Assembly (NCBI GenBank): GCA_050273025.1
Contig: CP158635.1
Location: 33,232,001 to 33,296,000 of the forward strand
Source of the DNA: Cenococcum geophilum
Taxonomy: Eukaryota
Reading direction: 5' to 3'
DNA: 64,000 nucleotides
Shown here piece by piece: positions 12,600 to 24,799 of the stretch (positions within the stretch are counted from its first letter, which is position 1; each line of letters begins with the position of its first letter). Made by a program: the position numbers and the translations under genes. Below the pieces are notes generated by a model. It was not told where the DNA came from. It did not search any database and was given only the letters and a program-made list of their open reading frames with translations.

Positions 12600-13460
12600 C
12601 AGACAGACATTATATAATTATAGTTAAGCCTGTGTGATATTGGATGCTTAACGTAAAGTCCCGACTCTTTTTGTTACAAGGCGGCGAGACTAATGACGTC
12701 CGTTCATACAAGACGTACCGTTCGGCTTAGCAAGGTAAAGATTTCGTAAGTGAAAGGACATGGCGTATAATCTATCTGATGACACTAAGTGGTGTTATAT
12801 CCAGCATGCTGAAGACATTATCATCAAAGGATTTTCAAGCTCAGTGTAATGAAATTAGATATTTAACCATCCTTTGAACTATACGTGATGAAAGAATTCT
12901 AATTCAGTAAACTCGTCTTTGCGGGAAGTTTTATAGACCTATGCGGCAACAACTGCTTATTGGACGGCTCGCACCCTTTGGGTTCGCATATTAGTACTAT
13001 GAGGATACTCGAGACAAGCTAAATATATGCAATCTTGGAGTCAACAGCTAAAAGGACTACTCATGCTAAAGTGCAATGTAATCGCGCTGAGCTATGAAGG
13101 TGGGAACTAAACATTTTCTAGAATTTCACGGATGAGCTGGAAGCAGAACATTGACTATATTATACATTGTCTCACATAAGTCGAATTTGCTTCCATATGT
13201 GAGACAGCGTGGTATAAACGGGAGGTGCCTCTCAGGAATGTCAGTAGATAGTCCCTTCTGTGTCTCTCAAATGAAGCATCGGATACGGCGAATGTTTCAT
13301 TGCTGGTCCATTCCTCTTCAACAGAAACTGATTGGGGACTAGCCTGCCTTATATGAATTAGTCGCTGGTTACCTATCAGTGCCTATGTATTATAGATTTG
13401 AGATGCCGATTGAGCCCGCCAAGACATTTTGCCAATTAAGTTATTTCGACATCTATTGAT
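12600..13460 (+). pseudogene. Possible degraded gene relic, family unknown
   Basis: Protein-like stretches (NLSDDTKWCYIQHAEDIII; ISRMSWKQNIDYIIHCLT*VEFASICETAWY) broken by TAA/TAG/TGA and GT..AG-like segments. Confidence 0.25.
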
Positions 13461-14949
13461 GATATATGCCGGTATAATCCGAATGAAGAATAACTGATGA
13501 AGCAGCCCCTGATATTGGTTTTATACTAAGTGCTTTGCTGTTTCCTCACAGAACACTTGCGGTCACCTATTCACACCGAAATCAAAGTACGGGAAATAAA
13601 AAATAGCCCAGAATAGGTAGATGATAGATATGAAGGACTTTGCGTCTCAAAAGGGAAGAGAAGAGTTTGGTCGGACTTTAGGATGGCGCATTAGGATAAC
13701 AGGAATACGGGGAGTAAAACGGAGTTCAAAACTTAAGTGTCGCTTTACTAGTATCATCAAATATTCCCACCTCTTTTGTTTAAGCGTACTTCTCTGCTGA
13801 AAATCGTCGATAGATAGTGTTGACCTGAATCGGGTTTGCTTACTACCGTCTTACTGTCTCAGTTGCCCATTACCCTATGGCTCACACTGTTTCTGTAGCC
13901 CGCACCCACATCATGTATATATCGTTTCTTCTCCTCGTAGATCAATCTACACACGAGTTTTCCTGTTCAAACAAAGAAGATTGGCTACTCCGAAAGGACC
14001 ATGAGTGGTACCAATTATGTTTTTTAAGGGACCTTAAAACCGAATGATAAGTTCTAGGCTGCTGTTGAGTGTGGAAGAGGGATATTGGGCTTATCGGAAG
14101 ACATCGGAGATAGAGAAGGCAAGTTGCTTTTCGTGGAAGAAAATATATTGTACAGGTAGTTTTTAGATAACAAGGTGTATTTTTAATGCCACGTTTGCCA
14201 TAACTAGGAGTTTCTATCCGCTATCGAATGCGGTAGTTACATTCGGCATTGATAAGTGGCCGGGGCATAAATGTTGCACAGTGGATAGATGCGAGTGATT
14301 TACACGACCCATAGTTTATCGGGCCCGAAAATCCCACTGAACCGTCTCCGATACCGTGGCTATTGCAGGTACCTCACGGTGCCCCGTGAGCAAGTTGTTG
14401 GCCTGCTGTATCACGGCTGACATGGCAGAAGGGGGTTTTTCAATGTTGTACAACTGTCAAGATGGTGTTGTACGGAATGTGAATATCCGTTTTCGTCGCG
14501 CCCGCCGGACTATGCGAGATATGTCGTGCATACAGGACTGCGAGTAAGGTCGAGAAAATATCCCGAATTTAGCCGTAGAGTAGCCGGCGGCCGACAGCGT
14601 CTGATTCGACAGTTAAATTACTTCAGATGTCGATAGCTGGCACGCTGGTTGGCGGACCGCACAGCTGCAGGAGATATTGATCGCGCTCTAGCTGGAGTCG
14701 TTTCATTCGAACATAATCTGTTCTGGCCGATACAGGTGCTCGGTCAGCTCGGTCGTGCGAAGGTACAAAATGCGACGACTGCAGAGCGCCACCGTCATGG
14801 CCCAGTTCTGGCTTGTCCATTCGTTTGAGGCGTGATGTCATTCCTTTGATATTTCTTCGAGATGGGTGTGAATCTCCTTGCAGAGCCTCTAGAGCCGTCG
14901 ACCGCGACGGTGACGGCGGCTGCACAGAAACCACCTACCTGCACCGAAA

Positions 14950-16183
14950 ATGAGCGCAATTAAAAAGTACACTGTCACGGGGGTGAGTTTACCTGACACA
15001 CCGCCTCTGCACTGCTTGCATTCGTCTTCAAGCCTCAAACCGTATCCATTGGCGGGGTATGCTTCTGGAACTAAAATTTCCCCAACAGCCCTTACCTCAA
15101 ACTCTCCTGCGGTCTGGGTGAAGGCCCGTGCTGGGAAGAAACCAATACCGTTCGCTTTGTCGACATCGTCAAATGCAATGTACACACCGTCGACCTCAAC
15201 AAAGGCCCCTCGTCGCATAAGATCCTGGGCCACCTTGATATCTCAATCGGGTGAGCCTTCACTTTTCGAACGTGCTGCAATTGATACTGGTTTGGCCTTG
15301 GGCTGACATGCATGACAGAGTGGCTGCAGACATCGAAGGCAATGATGGAGTGTTTCTATTCGGCGGCAAGCATGGCTTTGGCATCTTCGATCGCTCAACA
15401 GCGCAGTACAGGTATATAAAGAAGGCGTGGAGTGAAGAGGAGATTGCGGATGGTAAAGACAAGACGTAATGCCAGACACTGGATTGCTGTGGTGGTTGCT
15501 CTCACTAATGTTTGATAGTATGCGTGCTAATGACGGTGCAGTGGATAGTAAAAGGCGATTTGGGTTAGATACATGAACGATCCTCTGGTCAAAGAACCGG
15601 TTGATGAAGGCACGATAGGACTTCTGCGGGAACGTACAAGTCATGAGGTGCTGACACAGCAACGGGTATTCTTTTCCGACTGACTGGATCCAGATCTGTC
15701 TTTATACCGAATACTTGAAGACATAACCATACCCAACGGCACAATTTGGAGCCCAGATGGCAAGACCATGTACTTCGCCGACTCAACCACAAAATATCTA
15801 CACTCTCGACTTCGACTCGGCTAGTGGTAGCATGAGCAACAAGCGCGTCTTCTTCAGCACCGCGGATATGGGAGAGGATGCGGTGCTAGATGGCCATTGC
15901 ATTGACGAGGGATACATAGGACAGCAATTCATGGCAAAGGCAAAAGGTGGTGAGGGTATCGCCGGGGGGCAAGGTGGTGGCAGAGATAACGCTGCCCGCG
16001 CCCTCGGTCACCTGCCAAGCATTCGTTGGTGAAGACCTGTTCATCACGTCTGCAGGGGGAGATGAATCAGACCCGCCATCGCTGGCTGGGGGTGCGTTCA
16101 AGGTCCACGTTGGGTGGAGGGTGCGAAGCTGCATAGCTTCCGGGAGATGGCGTAGAGCATTAGAGTTTATAGATGGATCTTAA
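14950..16183 (+). pseudogene. SMP-30/gluconolactonase/regucalcin-family pseudogene
   Basis: Spliced exons give LGEGPCWE, RANDGAVDS, IPNGTIWSPDGKTMYFADS and DGHCID motifs. Frameshifts at ~15560 (1-nt loss in the expected RFWVG), ~15680 (ACTG duplication) and further shifts ~15790 and ~15920-15945. Confidence 0.85.
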
Positions 16184-19100
16184 AAGCCCCTAAGTTTAGA
16201 AACTGTACATGCAGACGGGACAGAAAGTGAGGCGAGTGAGGGAAGTGAAGCATTGGTTGCAACATCGTGTCCAGCCGTGCTCTGGCTTCCCTTGTCTAAA
16301 GTACCATGCGGCAACGCTGCTTTCAATATATCGAGCCGTCACGGGATTCCCCAGGGTCCTGAATGCAACCCCGCGGAAGGGGGTTGGCTGCAGGTCAATG
16401 CAGACACACAGGCTTTCTTGCAGCCCACTCACTTCCATTCGGGTTGCGTGCGTGCAAAATAGAATAGTGAGAGGGGTGCAGCAGAAGCGGGCGAAGCTGA
16501 ATGCTTCCATCACTCGGCAGCCTTGCGCCTCGTTTTCGGGGCAACTCGCCTGTCAGCGCAAAGCCTCCGCATGCCCATCTGCCCATCACTTTCTCCTAGA
16601 TTTTGATCATCACAAAGTCTCTAAAATTGAAATCTAAGATTAAATCCCTAAGATTTCATCTTCAACGCCTGCCAGGCGAGTTCCCGGCCGCCGCGAAGAG
16701 ACTAAGAAGCCTTCGCCTTCAGAGTGAGACCGTAGCTACCATCGCTACGGCTATCATGGCTACCATCATCTCAGGTTCGTGCTGGTTCGGCACGTTAGCG
16801 TTCGAGGGGCAGGGCTGATGGGATGCCTGATGGGGATACGTGCGCGCAAATCTCCCCCAGAGACAGGTGGCTTGCAAGATTAGAGATTGGAGATTGTAGA
16901 TTGCAGATTGGCTCGCATGGGTTTGTTCTCTCTCGCGAGTAAATTGGCAGTGGGAGTGTATCGTGTGAGAGCCAGGCTTCGTTTTTTGCTCCTTGCTAAA
17001 ATTTGGGTGAGCGGGTGGGTGTGGCTAGATAGCCCTGGTTCGTAGTTAATTATCTGCCCCAACGCCACAAGGGCGGCACCAAGGTAGGGCGCCCGTTTCG
17101 ATAGCAGCAACAGTTATGCCTCGCAAACATGGGGACCTTAATAACTAGATGCTATTGCTTACTTACCAGGCTTGGCCGTAGCTTGCCGTGCTTGGTGCAG
17201 CTTGGGGGAGAGCCATGGCCCGTCTGCACGTTGGGATGACTTGCACAACGTCGGTTGTCCTGCATGGCGTCTTCATTATTGCCAACCGGGATGACGATCA
17301 TTCAAGACGAGGGAAAAAAACATTCGTATCCGAGCGGATAGAAGACAATTCTTGCATGGGCGCGTTCATCGGTGTTCGGAAATTAGCTTAAAGGTAGCTG
17401 AGAAACAACAAGCAGGGACTTCGTACCGATCTGCACTTTTGCTGAAATTGCAATGAGCCTCATGGTTATCTAGTTTGGCAAGGCCGGGGTGGTTCGCAGC
17501 TGAAGCGTGGACGGTAGGGGAATAATGGGCATCGGGCTACGCGAGGTTACTTTGTCAAGAATCCACAAGTGTCATGAGAGCATCACGAGTAATTATATAC
17601 TTGTTTCGCCTTCAGCCTTGCCTGGTTATAAGCATGTCACTACCATTACCCTGATATGGACTGCTGGGACCAGGTATCGTAGCAAGCGGATGGAACGACG
17701 TGTTAGCCAAGGTTTTGGCCGCCGCGTCAGCCCTGTCCTTCCAAGTACGCAATTTCACCGCTTCTGATGCACAAGATGAGGCCATAATGGTGCCAGTGGT
17801 ACAGGGATGCAGGCGCGTTAATGACTCAAGAGCTTCAAGTCCCAAACGGGAACAGCAAGTGGTTGAGGCTGAGCAGGGTTGTACCAAAGGGGTAATATCG
17901 AAGGGGTTGGCAGGCACGCCGGATTCCCCAAAATGCAAGCAGCCGCGTCGAGCTCTAACTAGTGGCTTTGGGAAGGGGCATGCCGCGGACTTTCAAATGC
18001 GGGATCCGACAATAGGCCGACGTGTGGATGAGTTCAATGCGCGAGGGATCTCCTTTCAAGCTTCCCGCGCTCTGCTGGCCTCGCATGACGAAAGCGGAAG
18101 CGATGACGGACGCCTCTCCCTGAAGCGTTGGAACCGATGACTCGGACGCGGACTCGGGTGGAGAGCCAGTCCTTCTAGCTTTGCCGCAGAATCTTCGATC
18201 TTCGCGAAACGGCTTCCCCCGATCTTGTCGACTCGAGCTGGCGGCGTGTGCTCTCCCATGGTCTCGGAGCGAAGCTATCGCTCCTTCGAGTCATACCCCT
18301 GGCGAAGACGTGCGAGCGGGTCGCTCGTCTGCCGCACTTCCCCGGAGCTTTCTCATCCAAGCCCGTGATAGGCCCTTAGAGAAAGCCGAGAGGGAGATGC
18401 CCAGAGGCAGGCCAGGGAGTGGCCAGAGAAAGCTTGGAATGCATACTGGCCTGCAAGAACGCAGTACTTGCAGCGACGGCGGGCCCTTCAGCTCAACGGC
18501 TAGTGCCGATGCTCCAATGGGCCCATTGCTTCCATGGCTACATTGCTTCTTATGCTGCGGGGATGAGTCTAGCGGACGCTGGTCGCAGCTCGAGGGCAGT
18601 CGAGGGAGTCCTTGTCTATCGTGATACGTTGCCTATCACAGGCCAGCAGTCGAGGAGTGTACTGCAGCCACATAACGTGGGCGTCGACCAGCGTACGAGC
18701 GCAGAGCTCTTGGGCCAACTGGGGTACGCGGAGAGAGAGCAGCCTACACGTCCCGCAGGCCGCCTTAGCACGGTCCAATTGTCGATAAAATGCAGCCAAT
18801 CACAAAATTCTCGCATGTTGGAAATACAGCGCATGGTTAGCTATTTTTTTTTCTGGGCGGCGCTCAAGCACGGCCAGCACATGATCAAATATGCAATGCG
18901 GCAGGGATGCGTGGTGAAGTCCAATGGCAGCCCCCTCCCTGGTGGGGGAGGGGGGCAACGATGAGTTGCGGCAGGAAAGTTGCCGTGGCCGCAAGAGGAG
19001 ATCTCCCCGGCAGTAAGCGACAGCATGCTGCTCATCGTTAAGATCGATGTACCCTCCGAGCTCTCTCTTCTGTGGGAGCTGCGCATCATTTCTGGACGAT

Positions 19101-19921
19101 CCCAGGTTTCCCAGGTTTCCCAGGTTGGTAGCTGCCGTGGCAGGCAGGTAAGCAAGCAAGCATGTAGGCAGGCAGGTAGGCAGGTTAGGTTAACACACAA
19201 CACCGGGCAAGACAAGGACGAACCACTACCCCCACGGTGCGCGAGGGATGATGCGCGGGGAACGTGTGGTGGTCGCAATTTCCCCAAACGCCAGGCTGCT
19301 CTCTGGTGCTCTGGGCTCCGGGCTTTGAGCTCTGCTGCTGTACTGCTCCATCCACTGTTCTGCAGGCCTAACGGCTTCGCTTCGCAGGCGGCGGTATCGC
19401 TAGTCGTGGTGCCGGTCAAGGCAGCTCAGGGCAGCTCGAGCGTTACGTAGGTTTCACTGCCCTGGGTTGGCTCAATCTCCTCCAATTCGCACCCTGGAAA
19501 TGAATGAACGAAAGAACTGCTCCCACGGCGGCCACAGCTGCTACCACAGGCTGCCACAGGCTGCCACAGCGAACGCTCCTAAGAACGTTCCTGTGATATC
19601 TGTTCCGGAGCACGCACCAGCAGAGGCTCATTGCATGCAGGCGATCGTTGTTTGACGCAGTACCGCGAGTAATAAGCCCTGAAGATGTTCCGCGCAGCCA
19701 GGACCCTTTGGTCGCTACTGCTGCCCGACATAATTGACGTTATGCTGTCATCGCAGCTAGGCTAAAGTCATTAGGCTGCTTTTGGGCACAAGCAATTGCC
19801 ATCGAGCGCAGCAAACCAAGTAAACCAAGTAAGCAAAGAAAGCAGCAAGCAAGCAAGTACAGCCTGAGTAGGAAGGGCCATCCGCGTCCGCGCTGCCTGC
19901 GACAAGCTATTGCGGCGAGGC

Positions 19922-19934
19922 ATCAGCAGCAGCA

Positions 19935-19971
<37 letters not shown>

Positions 19972-19980
19972 AGCAGCAGC
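19922..19980. repeat. Compound (CAG)n/(TAG)n microsatellite
   Basis: cagcagcagcaagcagcag...cagtagtagtagtag. Confidence 0.9.
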
Positions 19981-20599
19981 ATGAACCTTCCATTTTAACG
20001 TGGTCTCGGATGAACAAAAACGTGCAGGTTGGAGCAACGCAGCGCCCTGGGAGAGGCGGAGATTTGGGTGCTGACGTCCTCTCTCTCGACCCCCTCATCT
20101 CGGTCCTCTGTGCGCTCCACCTGGCTATTATGTGCTGCTGCTAAGGTCGGGGATCGTCCAAGGGTCGGGTTATCTGATTGCTCGTGTTTGGCTGCCTTGC
20201 CCGTTGCGGCACCTTGTCCGCAGCACGATGGCTGTTTTGGCTGCAGAGAGCTGGACAAGTCGAGCGGCCGGGTCGCAGCAGTTGTGCAAGTCACACTCGG
20301 TCGTGGCGGGGCGCGCATGAGTGCAGGCTGAGGAGCCCTGCCTTTTGGCACCTTGCACCTTGATCGGACATTTCCTAGCTGTTCCCTAGCAGATCCCCTG
20401 CACCACCCAGTCCATCCCCACCCTAGAACGGTGGCGAAAGCGACGGCGAATTCGACAAGGCGTTCCCGAGGAAAAGGAAACTCTTCTCTAACCTTTTCCG
20501 CCCTGGATGCCCAGCCTCATTCTGTGCAAGCCGGCTGCAATTGGCCTTGAGTTGCCTGCATCGGACCTCCAGGGCTCGCTGCCCTTTGGATGATGGCTG

Positions 20600-20658
20600 G
20601 CTCAAGGCTCAAGGCTCATGGCTCATGGCTCATGGTTCATGGTTCATGGCTCATGGCT
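20600..20658. repeat. 7-bp tandem repeat (GCTCAAG/GCTCATG/GTTCATG)
   Basis: ctcaaggctcaaggctcatggctcatggctcatggttcatggttcatggctcatggc. Confidence 0.9.
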
Positions 20659-21909
20659 GAGGCGTGACGGCGGCTTCCCGTCTTGCACCTAGCACCTAGT
20701 ACCAGCACCGGTACCAGTACCAGCACCAGCAGCCAAACAACCAGCATCTGCTAGAGAGGCCATCGTGACTCCTGCCCAGGAAAGTTCCTTTCTCTCCTGC
20801 CTACCCTCCTGGTCTCCCTCCTGGTCCTCCCACCGCAACCTTTTTCGCCGCTGCGCCCTCTGCGCCCTTTGCGTGCTGCCAAGATATCGCGCCTTCTGGA
20901 GGCGAGCCGGAGTGCGTCCGCTGGGCACAGGGCACAGGGCACGCTGAGGCAGATACCTTTTCTGCTGCAGATGACAGGACTCCGCTGTTGCGCACGCGCG
21001 GGCTGCTGGGCTGTCCCAGGCAGTACTGGGCTGGTCCTGGAGTATCTCAAAACGGCATAGCAAGCCAGCGCAACCGGCCTGGGCATGGCAGTTGTGCGTC
21101 GCACCATTCGCATCATGCTGTGATGCGGAAGCTCAGAGGCAGATGGCATGGGCTCGGGCATGGGTGGGCATGGATGTCGGGCTCGCACTACAGGGTCACG
21201 GCTCCCGCCTTCCGCGCATGGCCGTCCCTCCACCATGCGGCGCCCGGCCGTAATCAAGACATCGTGGTCGCTGCTGGTGGTGGCCATGCTCGCCCTGCAA
21301 CTCGCCATGCTGGCTAGCCTGCCCAGTGCCAGCAGCAGCAGCAGCAGCAGCAAGGAGGAGGATGATGTACGTTGATGCGTTTCCTTCTGGTGAAGGCCGC
21401 GCAGAGGCAGGGGTTCGCTCCCAATTGTCCTTTATGATTTGCTGCACGTCGACTTGGGGTGATCATTCACACCAACACACCGCAACTACACACATATCAG
21501 TGGCTGTTCTGGCTGCTCTTACCCACATCGCTGCTAGGTCACGGGCTTGATATACTCTCCCAGGCCCGCTCGCTGCCACTGTGTAATGTCGTCCTGCGCC
21601 TCGAGCTGCTGACGGCTTCCAACCTTCTCTCGTCCCTGCGTCGTCCAGGCCTCAACTGTCCAAGCACCAAGCTCCAAGCAACCGTCCAATTTCTCTCCCG
21701 CGCGCGACATCAGCATGGAGCTTACTCCGCGTCTATTAATTTGATCTATCCGACCCCGACCTAGCTTTCTAGCTTCCCAACTTCCCAGCTCAGCTCGTGC
21801 GGGCACTGTCTTCCGCCCGCTGTCTGCTTGCTTTTCCCTCTGCCTGTCGTCTTCTTTCTTTTACGGACTTAGCGGACGTTATTGGGGCCGTTGAAAAGAC
21901 GCCCCCCCC

Positions 21910-23817
21910 TTGGAATCTATCATCGTGGCTGCTTCAACTGTTTTCGCTCTGCCTTATACCCACAGTCCTTACCCCTCGCGATATCCAGGCCCCAATCCCC
22001 CCTCATTCTTGCCCTACACCGACTCAAAGCCCCGCCTGGAAGACTCGCCTCTACCGCGCCAAGACGAGGGGATAACAGGAAGGGAACGCCCATGGTTGGG
22101 ATATCGAGGCCAGGGGAGCTCCGACGACAGGATCCTGATGTCGCATCCGAGACCGTCAGGATCTCAGTCAAGCTCTGCGAACGATGGTACTCGCAGATCT
22201 GCTCAGAATGCTCCTGAGACCTCGCCTGTCAATAGTCGCACCACTACTACCCCTTCGTTTCCGTTTAATACTCAGCATGAGGTCCAAGGCAGGGCTGGCA
22301 CTCCCATACCATCGTTGAACCAGATGTCTCCCACTCCACCAGTCCCATCGTTTGACAGACGGAATACCAGGCCTCTAGGAGTTCATTCAATACTGAATCC
22401 TCAGTCGGAAACGGCTGAACAGCGCGGCAGAAGGCGTAGCGCTGCGCAGATGGAATCGCCTTCGCCCATTGACTCAACTCCTGCCCAAAGTGTACCCTCA
22501 TTGAGTCGACCAACGAGCGTCGACTCCATGCAAGAAGATGCAGCCTTAACAAGGCAATTTCCAGGCCCAGGAAGAGGTGGATCAAGGCATATTTTGAGCC
22601 CACGATCTCCGACGATCCACCGCACCCAAAGTTTAAGCGTTCTTAACCCTCCAACTGGAACCATTGACGCTCATCAGTCTCCATTCCTTTCCCCAGGTCC
22701 TCGTACGTATATGGCTGAGCCTGGAACTTCGCAGGCACCACCACTTCCAGCGCCTCCGGCAGGCGTACGAACTGGATACAATTTCCCACCTCCTCCAGCA
22801 CCAACGCCTCCATTACTTCGTAGTGATCCAAGACGTCGAAGTATCGGATTCGCACAATCCGGGAGCGCTAGTCCAATGACGTCTTATTCGCCCTATAGTC
22901 AGCCAGGGCAGACTACTCCGGCTGGGCAGTACGAGCAGTCTTCGGGACCAACCCCCCCTGGATCTTATATATCATTGCCGAGCAGCACTTTGGGTGGCCA
23001 ATTACATTTTAATAATCCACCGTTGACGCTGGAAACCGAACGCACATATCATGGCATTCCTGTAGCGTCTACTGGTCAAAGTAGTTACCAAATTCTGACA
23101 GTGGAAACGCAACAGGGCCATGCAATTCAGATTCCGGTCGACGTTCAGGCAGCTTCCAAAGTCGCAGATGAGAAGAGAAAGCGGAATGCGGGAGCGTCAG
23201 CACGTTTCCGGGCGCGAAGGAAGGAGAAAGAAAAGGAGGCCTCGACAACGATCGCGAAATTGGAGCAGCAGCTGCGTGATTCCACCGAAGATACGGAATT
23301 CTATAAACGGGAGAGGGACTATTTTATGCAAGTTGTCTTCCAAGCTCCAGGCGGAGACCGCCATTTTCCGCGTCCTTCATCCCCACGCCATCGTCGGTTG
23401 TCGGCTCCCTCAAGCGGGCCTCCTTCGACCAGTGGAAGTGGATCCGGTCCATATTCCGGTTTTTCTGAGCCCCCAGAGCACCGTGAGATGGAGCGCAACG
23501 TTCGCAGGAGAACTAGCGGATATCTTCCGCCATCGGCCCCAGCGCCAGTACCGCATTCGGGTCCTGGCTCACAACAGCAGCCTTACACCACAACAGCATT
23601 TCCTCCAATCGTTCCAGCACCACAGCCCGGACAGCCCCTTCAAGGCAGTCGTGGACCAAACCAACACGCGGACGTGCGAGATCAACGGCAGCCACCGGAA
23701 TCTTCACACGCACCACCAACCCCACAAAGGCCGGTTCTGCGTGACCCGTTCGCGTCAGAACCAAGATACGACAGGAGCTGGCCTCCTGGGCCAGGACGTG
23801 AAGGTCATAGGCAGTAG
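21910..23817 (+). CDS. bZIP transcription factor (Pro/Ser-rich, basic region related to MetR/CYS-3 type); start uncertain, first in-frame ATG at 22138
   Basis: Basic region ADEKRKRNAGASARFRARRKEKE followed by a heptad zipper. Frame is open from 21895; 21910 is a TTG codon. Confidence 0.85.
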   Translation: MESIIVAASTVFALPYTHSPYPSRYPGPNPPSFLPYTDSKPRLEDSPLPRQDEGITGRERPWLGYRGQGSSDDRILMSHPRPSGSQSSSANDGTRRSAQNAPETSPVNSRTTTTPSFPFNTQHEVQGRAGTPIPSLNQMSPTPPVPSFDRRNTRPLGVHSILNPQSETAEQRGRRRSAAQMESPSPIDSTPAQSVPSLSRPTSVDSMQEDAALTRQFPGPGRGGSRHILSPRSPTIHRTQSLSVLNPPTGTIDAHQSPFLSPGPRTYMAEPGTSQAPPLPAPPAGVRTGYNFPPPPAPTPPLLRSDPRRRSIGFAQSGSASPMTSYSPYSQPGQTTPAGQYEQSSGPTPPGSYISLPSSTLGGQLHFNNPPLTLETERTYHGIPVASTGQSSYQILTVETQQGHAIQIPVDVQAASKVADEKRKRNAGASARFRARRKEKEKEASTTIAKLEQQLRDSTEDTEFYKRERDYFMQVVFQAPGGDRHFPRPSSPRHRRLSAPSSGPPSTSGSGSGPYSGFSEPPEHREMERNVRRRTSGYLPPSAPAPVPHSGPGSQQQPYTTTAFPPIVPAPQPGQPLQGSRGPNQHADVRDQRQPPESSHAPPTPQRPVLRDPFASEPRYDRSWPPGPGREGHRQ

Positions 23818-24799
23818 CAAACATGCTGTACTCCTTCCCAATTATAATGTCGATAATTTGATTTCCCCCCCTTAACAGATGTACAGCGAAGAGCTGCATA
23901 TTCTAGGAAGTAACTGCTAGTGTGAATAACTACATCAATACATACATAACCATACGTCTTCCGGTACTCGATTTACGGATCGTTTCGATCGATGGGCTGG
24001 TTCGAGCCGGAGCCTACCCAAGAGTAACCATTCATTGATAGCTGTCATATTCTGGATTCCAGGAGTTTCACGGTAGCATTCGCATATCGTCCATCCTTTA
24101 TTTTTCTGGGTTTCTAGCAGCTTCATCTGTCGGCGTAGCAACCTTTGGACCACGGTCGCATACCATTTCCTTTTTGCACTGAATTTGATACCCTTGGCGA
24201 AACAGCGGCGGCATTTGTGCATCATTCCTTAACTGCGTTTTGCTTTGCTCCTGCAAGGACGGTGTTGCACGGTGTGGAACAGCTGGAGGAAGAATGATAT
24301 GCGGCGCATTTGCAATCTAGTTTTGGCTGCGAGCTTTACAGCAAGTCTGCTTTGCTCCCTCGTCCTCATTCCCTCAATGCCTTTCCTTATCTCATTTCCT
24401 CGATTTTGCAATATACCCCCGCACGGGCAGTACCATACTTCCCCCATTTTCTTCCACCTCCCGTTTGCTGCATAGAGATAGAAAGACTACTTCAGACCCT
24501 CGCGGGTCGCATCACCCAGTATTTTTTATTTATTTATAAAGATTATATTTTTATCTTATTTTTATACTTGTATTTACTGAATAAGCTGGCTTGGAATTGG
24601 AATGGATATGGAAGTGTATCATAGCGATCTTACTATACGGTTTTAGGGGATACAAATAATCCCGGAAGAGCTATAACAGACCAAACGGTTTCACAACCAC
24701 AGACATTGCCGATAGCGCCTTCTCCAAAAGTTGCTCAACGTATATCAATGGTCATTACAGGTTTCTCGTGACCTGTCAATGTATTGCAAATCAACGGAC

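Noticed and set aside
16196..21800. Many overlapping 60-200 aa ORFs on both strands
   Set aside because: GC-rich, microsatellite-driven open frames with no recognisable domains.
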